Shown here piece after piece: positions 10,971 to 22,849 of a stretch of 63,852 nt of DNA. The translations under genes were made by a program, and so were the position numbers. Under the pieces are notes generated by a model that was not told the DNA's origin, ran no database searches, and saw only the letters and a list, made by a program, of their open reading frames with translations. Source of the stretch: Heteronotia binoei (Eukaryota); contig NC_083243.1 in assembly GCF_032191835.1 (NCBI RefSeq), forward strand, positions 50,282,001 to 50,345,852, in the 5' to 3' direction. Position 1 is the stretch's first letter; each line of letters begins with the position of its first letter.

Positions 10971-11300
10971 ATAAGGATTCCATATTTTGAAATGCAAAAA
11001 AGAGGACTTGTTTCCGACACGACAATTTAATACCCCTGCTATTTGTGATAATTGCTACTAACGAGGAATATTCCTAACCTTCCAGCTCAAAAAGAGGGTA
11101 TTTTCATCAGTTTTTTTAAAAAAGCTCAAAATAGGAGGGGTACCCAAGAAAGAGAAGTCTTCTAAAAAGACATGTAACCTAGCTAGCAAACTGCTTCAAG
11201 TTCTTTGGTCCTATTATGATTTTAGTGGGCTGTAGGCACTTGTGCCTTAGTCGGCCCCACACCTTTCCTGCGTAAAATATTCAAAAATATATTTTACAAC

Positions 11301-11493
11301 CAGTGTTCTCTCTAAGCTGAGTTAGCGTGAGCTAGCTCACAGTTCTCAGCCTCCAGCTCACACATTTTTGTCTTAGCTTAGGAAGGATGACCCCAGAGCA
11401 CAATAATTGATGCAGTATCTCACAACTTCAATACCAGTAGCTCATAAAGTAGAATTTTTGCTCACAAGACTCTGCAGCTTAGAGGGAACATTG
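11301..11493. mobile_element. MITE with TIR CAGTGTTCTCTCTAAG/CTTAGAGGGAACATTG
   Basis: 16-bp imperfect TIRs; no TSD recognised. Confidence 0.65.
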
Positions 11494-12019
11494 TACTGTA
11501 AAAGTTTGAGTCCAGTGGCACCTTTAAGACCAACAACGTTTCATTCAGTGTATAAGATTCGTGTGCACACACACTTCTTCAGATATAATGACATGGAAAT
11601 TACTAGTTCATACATATAGAATAGAGGATGCCCTTATGCTTCAAGCATTTCACAGTTAAGGATACATCTGATCATCTATCTCCAGTTTTGGCATTTATTT
11701 CCTTCACTGTACGTTCCCCTACAATTGAACCCAAACAAATGTTAACCATGTAAACTAACCTTGTTATTCCTGTTTGGTCCTTGCATTTGTTAAACATTAC
11801 GTCGTATGCTAATTTACTGCTCTTGCTGTCTACCGATATGTATGAACTGTTAACTTCTGTTTTACTGCATCCAAAGAAGTGTGCATGGGCATAAAAGCTT
11901 ATACCTTGAATAAAACCTTGTTGGCCTTAAAGGTGCCACTGGACTCAAACTTTGTTCTGCTGCTCCAGACCATGGCTACCCACCTGAATCAATTTTACAA
12001 CTGTGGTGGTATAAACGGG

Positions 12020-13560
12020 GTCACTTTTGAAAAAGCCATCTCTGGATCCAGTTACCGCTCAGTCTCGAACTTACCGTTTCTGGGTAAGATAATTGAGAAA
12101 GTGGTGGCGGAGCTGGCTTCTGCATTGGCCATGGGGTGGAGACTGCTTTGGTCGCCCTCACAGATGACCTTAGAAGGCATCTGGATCAAGGCAGGTCAGC
12201 GCTGCTATTGTTGTTAGATCTTTCAGCAGTGTTTGACACATTCGATTACGATCTAATGACCCACCGCCATGCCATTATCGAAGTTCAAGGGGTAGCCTTA
12301 CAGTGGCTCTCTTCCTTTCTCCGTGGTCGGGGACGAAGGGTGGCAATTGGTGAGCAGACTTCTTTGCGAGACCCACTTGAATGTGGTGTGCCGCAGGGAG
12401 CTATTCTCTCACCATTGATGTTTAACATCTATATTCACCTCCTTGCCCAGATTGCCCAAGGTTTTGGGCTGGGCTGTCACCAATATGGAAATGACATCCA
12501 GCTCTATCTGTCGATGGACAGCCATCTGGACGCCGCCCCAGACCATCTGACCAGGGCATTAGAAGCCATGGCGGGATGGTTGCAGTTAAGCTGACTGAAG
12601 CTTAATCCAACTAAGACGGCGGTCCTGTATCTGGGTCGGGGAGGTTTAGGATCAGGCATCCAACTTCCCACCCTAGATGGTGCCCCTTTGGTGCCAGCTC
12701 AAAAGGTGAGGAGCTTGGGGGAGATACTGGATGCCTTCCTGTCCATGGAGGCCCAGGACATAGTTCTTCCATCTTCGGCAGGCCAAACAGCTGGTGCCCT
12801 ATCTGACGTCCCAGAACCTAGCTACAGTGATCCATGCAATGGTCACTTCCAGGTTGGACTACTGTAACTCGCTCTACGCAGGCTTGCCCTTGAGACTGAT
12901 CCAGAAACTTGAACTGGTGCAAAATGCGACAGCAGTGCTCCTAACTGGATTGCCTGTACAGGCAAGCAGTCAGCCGATGCTGCGCGCATTGCACTGGTTA
13001 CCAGTACACTTCAGAGTTTTAGTATTGACATTTTAAGCCTTACGTGGCCTGGGACCGACATACCTCCGGGACCACCTCTCCCCATATGAGCCCTGAAGAT
13101 TGCTACGATCTGCCAACCGACATCTTCTGATTATCCCTGGCCCAAAGGACGTCTGTCTTGCCTCAACCAGGGTCAGGGCCTTTTTGGCCCTGGCCGCATA
13201 CTGATGGAATCAGCTCCCTGTGGAGATACGAGCCCTACCAGATTTCTTACCTTTCCGTAGGGCCTGTAAGATGGAGCTGTTCTGCCAGGTGTTTGATTGA
13301 GGCAAGCGGGCGTCCTTTTCCTTATGGCCTATACCATCGGCTATCCTCCCCCACTGTGGACTGTCATCTGAACTATTTATTCGGACCACTGATTATACTC
13401 CAACCTATACTATGAACCCGCCTGCCTTTGTTATACAGAACTGTGTTGTATTGTTGTTTTGTTGTATTGTTGTTTTAATGGTAATTTATTGGTTTTATTG
13501 TATGTGACTGGTTTTATTTGGATGTAATATCCATCTTTATACCAATGCGACAAATTATGT
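12020..13560 (+). mobile_element. L2-clade LINE 3' fragment, inactive
   Basis: YRSVSNLPFLGK, ETALV, LLDLSAVFDT, GVPQGAILSP; catalytic YADD decayed to YGND; frameshifts. Confidence 0.88.
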
Positions 13561-13949
13561 ATTAGGGTTGCCAGTCCCCTGGTAGATGGCAGAGGCCCCC
13601 CACCATCACACACAGCTAGACCCCACTACCCTGCCACCAATCAGCTGGCCATTGCAGAGGACTTACCCCCAAAATGACCCAGGCTTAGCCAAAATCACAG
13701 GATTTACCATAGAAATTTTGCCAAAATACTAGAGCCAGAAATAAACTGCGCTGAGGGTTAAGTGAGCCTCCTATCCGATATCATTCAATTGACGCTAAGC
13801 TTCTCACTGTAGTACAAAATAACAGTGTACATATCAAAGGCATGAAAATAAATTATTCTACATTTTAATTTTTTTCTTATTTAAAAAAGAATAAAACATT
13901 TTTGTGGGTCCCAAGAGTTTTGTGGGCAGAAGGTATTTATGCCCTTGTA

Positions 13950-14037
13950 GTCAGCCACCAGCGAGCCTGCAGCAGACGTGGACTATTGCACCCTTCTTAA
14001 ATCTTCGTTCGCGAAGCCAAGCCGAGAGAGAGAGAGA
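13950..14037 (+). mobile_element. Second copy of the same RTE 3' end
   Basis: One mismatch over about 80 bp versus the 58819 copy; (GA)n tail. Confidence 0.85.
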
Positions 14038-14898
14038 AGGCTCCTACCACAGTAGCAATAGCAATATTAAAATTATTATTGATATAACTTTAAATATGTC
14101 AGCTTTTTTCTATTTTAGCTAAATTTAATAGGTTTTCATGAGCCCTAAATATTTCATTTTTTTCTGATTTTAAAATAAATTATAACATTTTTGTGGGCCC
14201 CTAAAGTATCGTGAGCCCTAGGCACTGTGTGTTCTGTGCCTAATGGATGTCAGCCCTGCTCTTTATGCCTTTTAATCGATGTCTAAGGCGTCTGACAATT
14301 AGAGAGAAATAGCTGCATTACATGTATTAGAACAGAACAAAGTTTGAGTCTAGAGGGACCTTTAAGACCAACACAATTTTATTCACGGTATAAGCTTTTG
14401 CGTGCACACACAGTACTTCAGATACATTGAAATGGAAGTTGGCAGTCCATACATATAGATAGAGGGTGAGCAGCAAATTAGCATACAACTTACTGACGTT
14501 TGACAGATGCAAGGATAAAACTGGAATCACATATTTAGTCTAGAAAGTTTAGCATTTGATTGCAGTCATACTGAAGCATTTTTCTCCACCTGCCATTTTT
14601 AATTATTTCCCATTTGTTGCTTGAGGCCCAGCATACGGACTGTAGGGAAAAGTCTGTGATTAGGACAAAAACTGGCATGTTATAATTATTCTAGTCATGA
14701 AAATAGCTGCAGTGATTTAATGTGAATCCCTAGTTCAGGCAATTGTGGAACAGTTGCACTGTGAGCCATTATTTATTGCACTCTGCTGTCTGTGGTAATG
14801 TTTGCACCAGCTTTCCTATAACATGCAAAATTTTGTCTGGGACAATTTGAGACTTCTGGGATGTGTGTTTTTTAATCTTCTCTGTATTTAGTAAGTAT

Positions 14899-15332
14899 TA
14901 GGAATGGGCACAGATTGGGAAAGCCCAGTTCAGGGCTTGAGAACTGGGTGGCCCCGAATCAAACCCCAAAGCAAAAAAGTCATTCAAACTGAACTAGTTT
15001 GGGTCCTCCTGCCATCATCTGGAAGTGATGCAAGTGTGTCACACTTCCAACATGTTTGCATCACTTCCAGATGTTGTCAGGTGCTGGCCCCAACATGCCC
15101 ACAACACCTGGAAGTGACATGAGCTCCCAGGTGAAGCGGGCATGCTGGAAGCAGCTCCCAACACCACCCAGAAGTGGTGTGTGTGTGTGGGGGGGGGAGG
15201 GCTGAACACCTGAACCAAGCAGAAACTCAGTATTCGGGGAAGATGCCTTCCCCAGATCTTGGTTCAGGGTTCGCAAATTGGGTAAGGTCTGGTCTGGACT
15301 TTGGCTCAGGTTTGGTGCTGTGCCTATCCCTA
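14899..15332. mobile_element. hAT-like element with TAGG(G/A)ATGGGCAC termini
   Basis: Terminal inverted repeats; flanks GTAAGTAT/GTAATGAT (6 of 8). Confidence 0.65.
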
Positions 15333-15874
15333 GTAATGATGTAATAGTTCACCCAAGGGTGATGGGGAGGTTCTTTTTAATCTGTGAACTGTTTTTAAAA
15401 AATTATGCACACTTCACTACCAAAACAGTGTCCTGAACTTTAGAAATTGGTAGTAGTAGTTGAAAATTAAGTTAGATTTACTTATTGCAACAATAATTTC
15501 TCCTGGAATTGCTGAATCCCATACCGGAAATCTAGTATTTACAGACCAGTGTTGCATTTATTTCCTTAAAAATTTGTAGCTCATTTCTTCGCATTCTTCA
15601 ATACCATACAAAGTCATGCATAATAATCATTTATTTACATACATTTCTTACAAGGACTCAAGGCAGATTACACAGAGTAAGTCAAGCAACAAGATGGGAC
15701 ATCCAATAAATAGTGCAATAGTGTTTGGGTTGTAGAAATGTGGAACTAATCAGACAGTGTCAAGGCCTTCTCCTCCAACAGAAATGACTGCTATATGCAT
15801 GCTTCATCAGGCTTCCAGTAATAGCCAAGCTGTGGCATTCTTCGTTGGGGTCTGTGAGCTGATTTTGAAGAGAG

Positions 15875-16193
15875 CAGGGACGGTGCATCACAGAAGGCCT
15901 AGGGTGCTACCTGGCCTCAAGGGTGGCCAGTGGGTGCCCCCCCCCCAACACATGCACCCCAGTGCCCCTTCCCTGCCGAACTCACACTTGCTGCCCTCTT
16001 TTCTGCTGCCCTCCTCTGCCTTGCCATCTACCTGTGGGCAGGCAGCAGGGAAGGGGCACTGGGAGCAGTGCAGCAGCACGTGTGCTCAGAGATACTCAGT
16101 GCCACACCACCTGTTGCCACCATGCTCACCCTTGCTGCAGGCATGGGGGCGGGCAAGAGGCCTAGGGTGCCAGAAACCCTGGTGCCATCCCTG
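15875..16193. mobile_element. hAT-like MITE
   Basis: CAGGGACGGTGC...GTGCCATCCCTG; flanks GAAGAGAG/GAAGGGAA (6 of 8). Confidence 0.55.
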
Positions 16194-16499
16194 GAAGGGA
16201 AACTAATATAAAGTATGTTACAGTGGTCTAGTCTCAGTGTTACTGTGGCATGGATCCCAGTGGCCAGATTGGACATATCAAGGTAGTGAGTTGTTTTGCA
16301 GATAACTTGCTTCTTCTACAGTGATGTTGCTTGTAGTATAAGGAAGGGGTAAGCTGCCATAGGAGAGCTGGTGTTGTATAGTAGAGTATTATGGGGGAAA
16401 TAGTGCCTCTTCCCCCACGTAGTATTGCTATTCATGCAACCTTGTTCCATCTGCACAAAATTTTTAGAAGCAATAAACTTATATAAACATATAATTTAT

Positions 16500-17179
16500 A
16501 TTGTTTAATTGTTTAATAAGCCTGGATGCTATTTTAACCAAGATGCCATATTGCTTCAGGACATCTGTGCATTTTGTGATCTCACTTTCCACATTTTTCT
16601 CTGCCTGCTTTCTAAGGTTCATTGGCTGCTGCTTGTTGGCATAGTGAAGCTTGGCCTCCTCCTTATGTTTGTCCTTCAGGGTGATTGTGATGGCCTGGTG
16701 CTTCCAGCCCATCTCATGGACAAGGTGGCCCAAATAAGGAAACTTGTAAATGGGCTTGAAGCAAACCACTTTCAAGGCAGCCAGCAGTACCATTCTCTTG
16801 AATTTTTTGTAGGGAAGAGGGATGCCATCAAAAACCTTCAGCCTCTCCAAGGCACCCTGACCATGTTTGGTCTTGTGTGGGAGCATTCCTCACACTGTTC
16901 TCCAGAAGATTCAGCTGGGTGATGGAAGCGATACCAACCTGGGGGGTGGTGTTCAAACGCTTGAGCAGGAAAGTGAAGTATTTCAACGTTTCAGTAGAAG
17001 TTGGTGGAGATGTTGATCTCTTCACATCACATCACATCACATGACCACAACTTTGCATTCCAGCAAGACTTGGTTAGCCAAATCACTGTCAGGAGACCCA
17101 ACAGGTGGCCATGTCCATCAGCCTCCAAGACCTTTAGCTCTGCCATGGCTGCTTTTCAGCAGCTGCATGGGAAAGAAAG
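16500..17179 (-). pseudogene. RPL13A: Processed RPL13A pseudogene, antisense in ALKBH1 intron 1
   Basis: Intronless; ATG at 17146 (MAELKVLEADGHGHLLG), then frameshifts and stops; C-terminal half MLPHKT...QYGILV aligns to RPL13A; pyrimidine-rich 5' leader CTTTCTTTCCC; ATTAAA and A-rich tail remnant. Confidence 0.93.
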
Positions 17180-17857
17180 TGTAAAGTAAAAACAAATATA
17201 ATGCAGCAGAATCCTGTGGCGTGTTAAACAAGATTCGGCATTTGCAGTTGTTTAGGCTAGAGCCTCTTTCATCAGATGCATTTGATCTGATCATAGGTTT
17301 CTTGCTGTGAAAACTGATGTTGCAGCAACCTGTTAGTCATTAGAGAGCCAGAGGGCTCAGTCATGTTGCTATAGCAGACTGCCACACTTGTAAAGAATAA
17401 TTAGATTCCTGGAACATGGTCCATGTAAGGAGAAGCTGATTAAATGCTACACATAAGCAAATAGTATAACAGCTGATAGCTCCTGGTGGAGATGCACATC
17501 TCCTCAGCTAGCGTCACAGTGCATATGGTGAATGTACATCCTTGGGCACATCAGTTGTAGGTAGACTGCACAGCACAAGGATCTCCTGCATTGGATTGGA
17601 AAAAGGAGTCAAAGCCTCAAAGCGGAGGTATGATAAAAATCTCAAGATTCCTTGGAAAAATTGAAAAGTTTTATCCCAAAACTCTAGATTTATTGAATGC
17701 TTATAAAAAATAAGATATTCTTGATTTAAAACTTTATTTCTTGTCTTTAAAGAATGGTAACAAAACTTTGCAACTAATTGATTCCCACCTACAAATGGGT
17801 GTTCTTATCACAGATTCAGCTGCCAGAAACTAGATGTCCACAAGGATAGTTGTTCTA

Positions 17858-19450
17858 AGAACATAAGAGAAGCCATGTTGGATCAGGCCAGTGGTCCATC
17901 CAGTTCAACACTCTGTGTCACACAGTGGCAAAAAACAAACAAACAACCAAGTGCCATCAGGAGGTTCACAAGTGGGTCTAGAAGCCCTTCCACTCCCCCC
18001 CCCAAGCGCCAAGAATACAGAGCATCACTGCCCCAGACAATTCCAATAATATACTGTGGCTAATAGCCACTGATGGACCTCTACTCCATATTTTCATCCA
18101 ATCCCCTCTTGAAGGTGGCTATGCTTGTAGCTGCCACCACCTCCTGTGGCAGTGAATTCCACATGTTAATCACCCTTTTTTAATCCGTTTTAACCCGACT
18201 GCTCAGCAATTTCATTGAATGCCCACAAGTTCTTGTATTGTGAGAAAGGGAGAAAAGTACTTCTTTCTCTACTTTTTCCATCCCATGCAGAATCTTGTAA
18301 ACCTCTATCATGTCACCCCGAAGTCGAAATTTCTCCAAGCTAAAGAGCCCCAAGCGTTTTAATCTTTCTTCATAGGGAAAGGGTTCCAAACCTTTAATCA
18401 TTCTAGTTGCCCTTTTCTGCACTTTTTCCAATGCTATAATATCCTTTTTGAGGTATGGAGACCAGAATTGTACACAGTATTACAAATGAGACCGCACCAT
18501 CGATTTATACAGGGCCATTATGATACTGGCTGATTTGTTTTCAATTCCCTTCCAAATAATTTCCAGCATGGCATTGGCCTTTTTTATTGCAATCGCACAC
18601 TGTCTTGACATTTTCAGTGAGTTATCTATCACTACCCCAAGATCTCTCTATTGGTCAGTCTCTGCCAGTTCACACCCCATCTACTTGTATTTGTAGCTGG
18701 GATTCTTGGCCCCAATGTGCATTACTTTGCACTTGGCCACATTGAACCTCATCTGCCACATTGACGCCCACTCAGATTCCTTTGGAGTGCCTCACAATCC
18801 TCTCTGGTTCTCACCACCCTGAACAATTTAGTGTCATCTTCAAACTTAGCCACTTTACTGCTTATTCCCAATGCCAATCACTAAGCCTAACTCCAAATCA
18901 TTAATGAACAAGTTAAAAAGCATGGGATTCAGTACTGAGCCTTGCGGCACCCCACTGCTTACTATCCTCCACTGTGAAGACTGCCCATTTATACTCACTC
19001 TCTGCTTCGTATTAATTAGCCAGTTTTTGATCCACAAGAGGACCTGTCCTTTTACTCCATGACTCTCGAGCTTACTAAGGAGCCTTTGATGAGGAACTTT
19101 GTCAAAAGCTTTCTGGAAGTCAAGGTAAACAACATCTATTGGGTCTCCTGTGTCCACATGTTTGTTCACCCCCTCAAAGAACTGTAACAGGTTAGTGAGG
19201 CAAGATCTTCCCTTACAGAACCCATGCCGAGTCTTCCTCAATAACTTGTGTTCTTCAGTGTGCCTACTCATTCTGTCCTTGATAATGGTTTCTACCCACT
19301 TTCCTGGTATTGAAGTCAGACTGACTGGCCTGTAATTTCCTGGATTTCCTCTGGAACCCTTTTTAAAGATGGGGGTGACATTTGCTACCTTCCAGTCCTC
19401 AGGAACGGAGGCAGATTTCAATGAAAGATTACATATTTTTTTCAGGAGAT
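17858..19450 (-). mobile_element. 5'-truncated CR1 LINE
   Basis: RT ORFs at 18855-19454 and 18180-18431; same family and tail as the 39945 copy. Confidence 0.95.
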
Positions 19451-19982
19451 CCACTCAACCAAACAAACAGCAGTTCCCCAGCAACCACAACTCAGAATTT
19501 TCAGCAGTCACCAAACTCAGAAATTCTCAGGAACTTCCCCAGCTGTCTCAGCTTATCTCAGAGTTGCTCTGCTCTCTCTCTGACCTCTCTGAAGTGTGAA
19601 CTACTTAGCCAGTGAAGTACTTTCATCCTTTTTAGTATCTACAGGAGGAGTTTAATTTTGGTATCAGACAGCTGTTAAAAGCAGGACCAGTAAAATGGTG
19701 CCAAGTTCATAGTATCATCTCTTCCAGTGCTGTTGAGATATACTGCAGTAATTTCCAATAATCTCTTTCTGCCCCACTCACTCACACAGAAATCTCATAG
19801 AAGGCCACCTGTCTACAACTGGGGGTGCCAACTTTTCATTGGCAGAGCTCCTATGTCTGCAACAACAGTATGATGAACAGACAAATTTCATCCAGTAAAA
19901 ATGGAAGGAAAGAAAAGGAAAGAATGAAATGGAAGGAAAGGAAAGGAAAAGAAAAGAAAGACATGAAAAGAAAAAGCATAGA

Positions 19983-20150
19983 CATAAGAGGAGCCATGTT
20001 GGATCAGGCCAGTGGACCATCCAGTCCAAAATTTCCTCATACAATGCCCAAAAAGCACCAGAATGTCCACCAGTGGGGCCAGGACACTAGAAGCCCTCTC
20101 ACTGTTGCTTCCCCCCCTCCCAGCACCAAGAATACAGAGAGAGCATCACT
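19983..20150 (-). mobile_element. CR1 3' UTR fragment
   Basis: cataagaggagccatgttggatcaggccagtgg, similar to the tail at 17858. Confidence 0.8.
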
Positions 20151-20156
20151 TGCAGA

Positions 20157-20172
20157 GAAAGAAAGAAAGAAA

Positions 20173-20232
<60 letters not shown>

Positions 20233-20234
20233 AA
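20157..20234. repeat. (GAAA)n microsatellite
   Basis: 78-bp run with one interruption; another purine tract at 19903-19975. Confidence 0.97.
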
Positions 20235-22347
20235 CCTCCGTTCCTGAGGACTGGAAGGTAGCAAATGTCACCCCCATTTGATGACCCAGCCAGCAAAAAT
20301 TCTGCTCAGGGGTCATGTGATTAAAAAAAATAGCTACTGGAATGCCCACTCCCCACCCCTCCTGGCTGAAAAACACACACACACTGTTCTTTGCCGCCCA
20401 GGCCTCCTGGGGAAATCTCCCCAAAAGAACATACTGCAAGGCACATGAAAGCTCATACCTTGAAGAACACTTCATAAGTCTAAAGTGCCAGTGGATGCTA
20501 GCTTTTCTCTCAAACACTGGAAGCGGGGGAGAAGGAAGGAGAGGCAGCCCAGCTCCTCTTTCCACAACACAGAGATGGGACGGGGCTAGCTTTGGCCTTT
20601 CTTGTGACCCAGTAGTGAGGCTTCTGTGGCCTAATACCGGGTCACAACCCTGCAAATGGGAAACACTGCTATAAAGCATGCAAATAGAGTCCTATCTCTC
20701 AACATATGCAGTTGTTTAGTGCATTAGTAGTGTCTCCGGTTGTCTTCTTTCTTGTTAGTGGGAAATGAATTTCTCAAGTCTTGATTTTTTGAATCCTGAG
20801 CTATAATGAAGCATCTTGATGTTTAGTGCACACTACAAGTGAGAAACTCTGAGTAGCAGCACAGAGTCTGGAAAGTTGTAATGCATCTTGCAGACTAGAG
20901 TATTGTGTTGTGTGTTCTATTTTCTGACCTCTGGGGAAAAATAATTTTTGCATTATTACCAGAGCTTCTCCAGAAAAATTCTGTCTTGCCTATTGCTTTT
21001 TACTCACCTGATTCAATTTTCTTCTGTTGGGTACAAGAAATTAACTACAGAGGAAAAAACATTAACAATACAGGTGACATTTTCAGGGTGACAGGATTAG
21101 TGCTGTCTTCAATAACAAAAGATCCCTTTTATTCCATTAAGAATAACATATTAAAAGTGACTACTAAGTATTAACAATTTCTGAGTAGCCCTGGTGCTTA
21201 GACAGGTTTACTGGTCCTCAGTTAATACTATAATGAGTGCGGTGTAATTACAACCTTCCCAAGGAGAATTTCTGTCACAGAAGGCAGCGCTTCAGACTTT
21301 GTGATTACGTAATTATGATTACCCTCTTATTTCTTCAGCATCATTTGTAATTTCAATTAAAATCCCATATTCACTGGGGGTTAGAAATTAATGTATTATG
21401 CCACCTGAAATTGGGATTCTAACCCGTCACAAGCTATAAAATGTGGTAACTCTAGCAGTTCCTGTGTTAATAGCCATTATCATACATCATGTCAGAATTA
21501 TGGTGCAGAGAGAAAAGCGAGCTATTTGTCAGAACATTGTGATTTCAGGTTTCATTATCTCACAACCTACTGAATCAAAAAATAAAATGTGCCACAAAAG
21601 CCCTCGCAGGTCCAAAGAAGCCATTTCATTTTATTGTCTGATACCTGACAGTTCTCCTGAGATGAAAACAAATGCTATATGCTTCTGAAAAACTGAAAAA
21701 TCTGTATGTGTCATATGCTTCTAAACTCTGGTGTCTTACGAGCTGGTAGGCTTCTGGCAGCATCACTAGAGACGCACACTACAAAATACTGGTTTGGGAC
21801 ATGGCCACAATACAAATAATGTTATGTCATTTATTTCAATAAGACATAGTCAAAATTAGTTTTTGATAGATTTTTGTGGCTGGATTTACAAATATGCATC
21901 AGTTGACTAGTAAAAAACACATTTTTAAAAAATTCTGGAGAAACCCGCATACGCTTTTCTTCCAAGCACTGACTTTGGAAAGTCTAGGCTTCTTACTGCT
22001 TTTATTGCCTGTTCCAAACTCAGCACAAGGTCTGGGAGATAGCTACCTTTTCTAAGCGTAGGAAGAAGGCAGGGCAGGGGAGAGGCTCAGAAAGCTGCCT
22101 TGAAGAGCTCCATGTGACAGGGAAAATCTACTGCCCCCTGCCTTATCCAGACCAGAGCTGACGAGAAGGAGGGGGTTCCCTTCTACAATTGTTCTGGGCC
22201 TTGTAGGTATTCTAAGACTCCAAAGTTCATTGTGACTTTACAGTCAAGATCCTGCCTACCCCCCAGGTGAAGAACAGGGACAAACACATGTTTATGGACC
22301 TTTGCCCCTGTGCCTGATCACCCTGATGCCTGATTTTCTTCTGCCAG

Positions 22348-22456
22348 GTGGTCAGTTCTCCCCTCGTTCTTTCTTCAGTAAGTGATCAAGATGCCCACAG
22401 AGCAGGACTGAAACCAGTTAGCTTGTGGGAAGCCTATGGTCTGGCTAATTATCCAG
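22348..22456 (+). CDS. ALKBH1: ALKBH1 exon 2
   Basis: ctgccag|GTG...G|gtgagt; 109 nt encoding VVSSPLVLSSVSDQDAHRAGLKPVSLWEAYGLANYP(G). Confidence 0.95.
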
Positions 22457-22686
22457 GTGAGTGTCTTTGGATATCAAACAAGAAAAAAAAAAGTACTTCG
22501 TGTTTCAGTTTCTCTCAGTTGGTCAGGTTTATTTTCTGGGTGAGAAACTGGCATAATATGTACAAGTTTTTATATCCCAGATTTTGTCCAAAATACTGAT
22601 GAAAACAACTGATACCAAGTTTGCATGTCAAGTTATTTCTAACTGTGCTTTCTCCTCTCTTCCCCACCTTCCCTCTTTTTATCCAG

Positions 22687-22849
22687 GGTTTATATTTATC
22701 CCAAATCCCTTCCTTCCAGGCTGCCAGCGCCACTGGGTGAAACAGGGTCTCAAGCAATACACCCAGAAACCCAATGTGTGTAATTTGGATATGCACATGT
22801 CTTCTAAGGAAACTGTGGATCTTTGGGGAAACAGTCAGCAGCAGCTGCG
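22687..22849 (+). CDS. ALKBH1: ALKBH1 exon 3
   Basis: atccag|GG...CG|gtaagt; 163 nt encoding [54 protein letters not shown](R). Confidence 0.96.

Noticed and set aside
19825-20296. KERK- and FFLS-repeat ORFs
   Set aside because: Translation of the (GAAA)n microsatellite.
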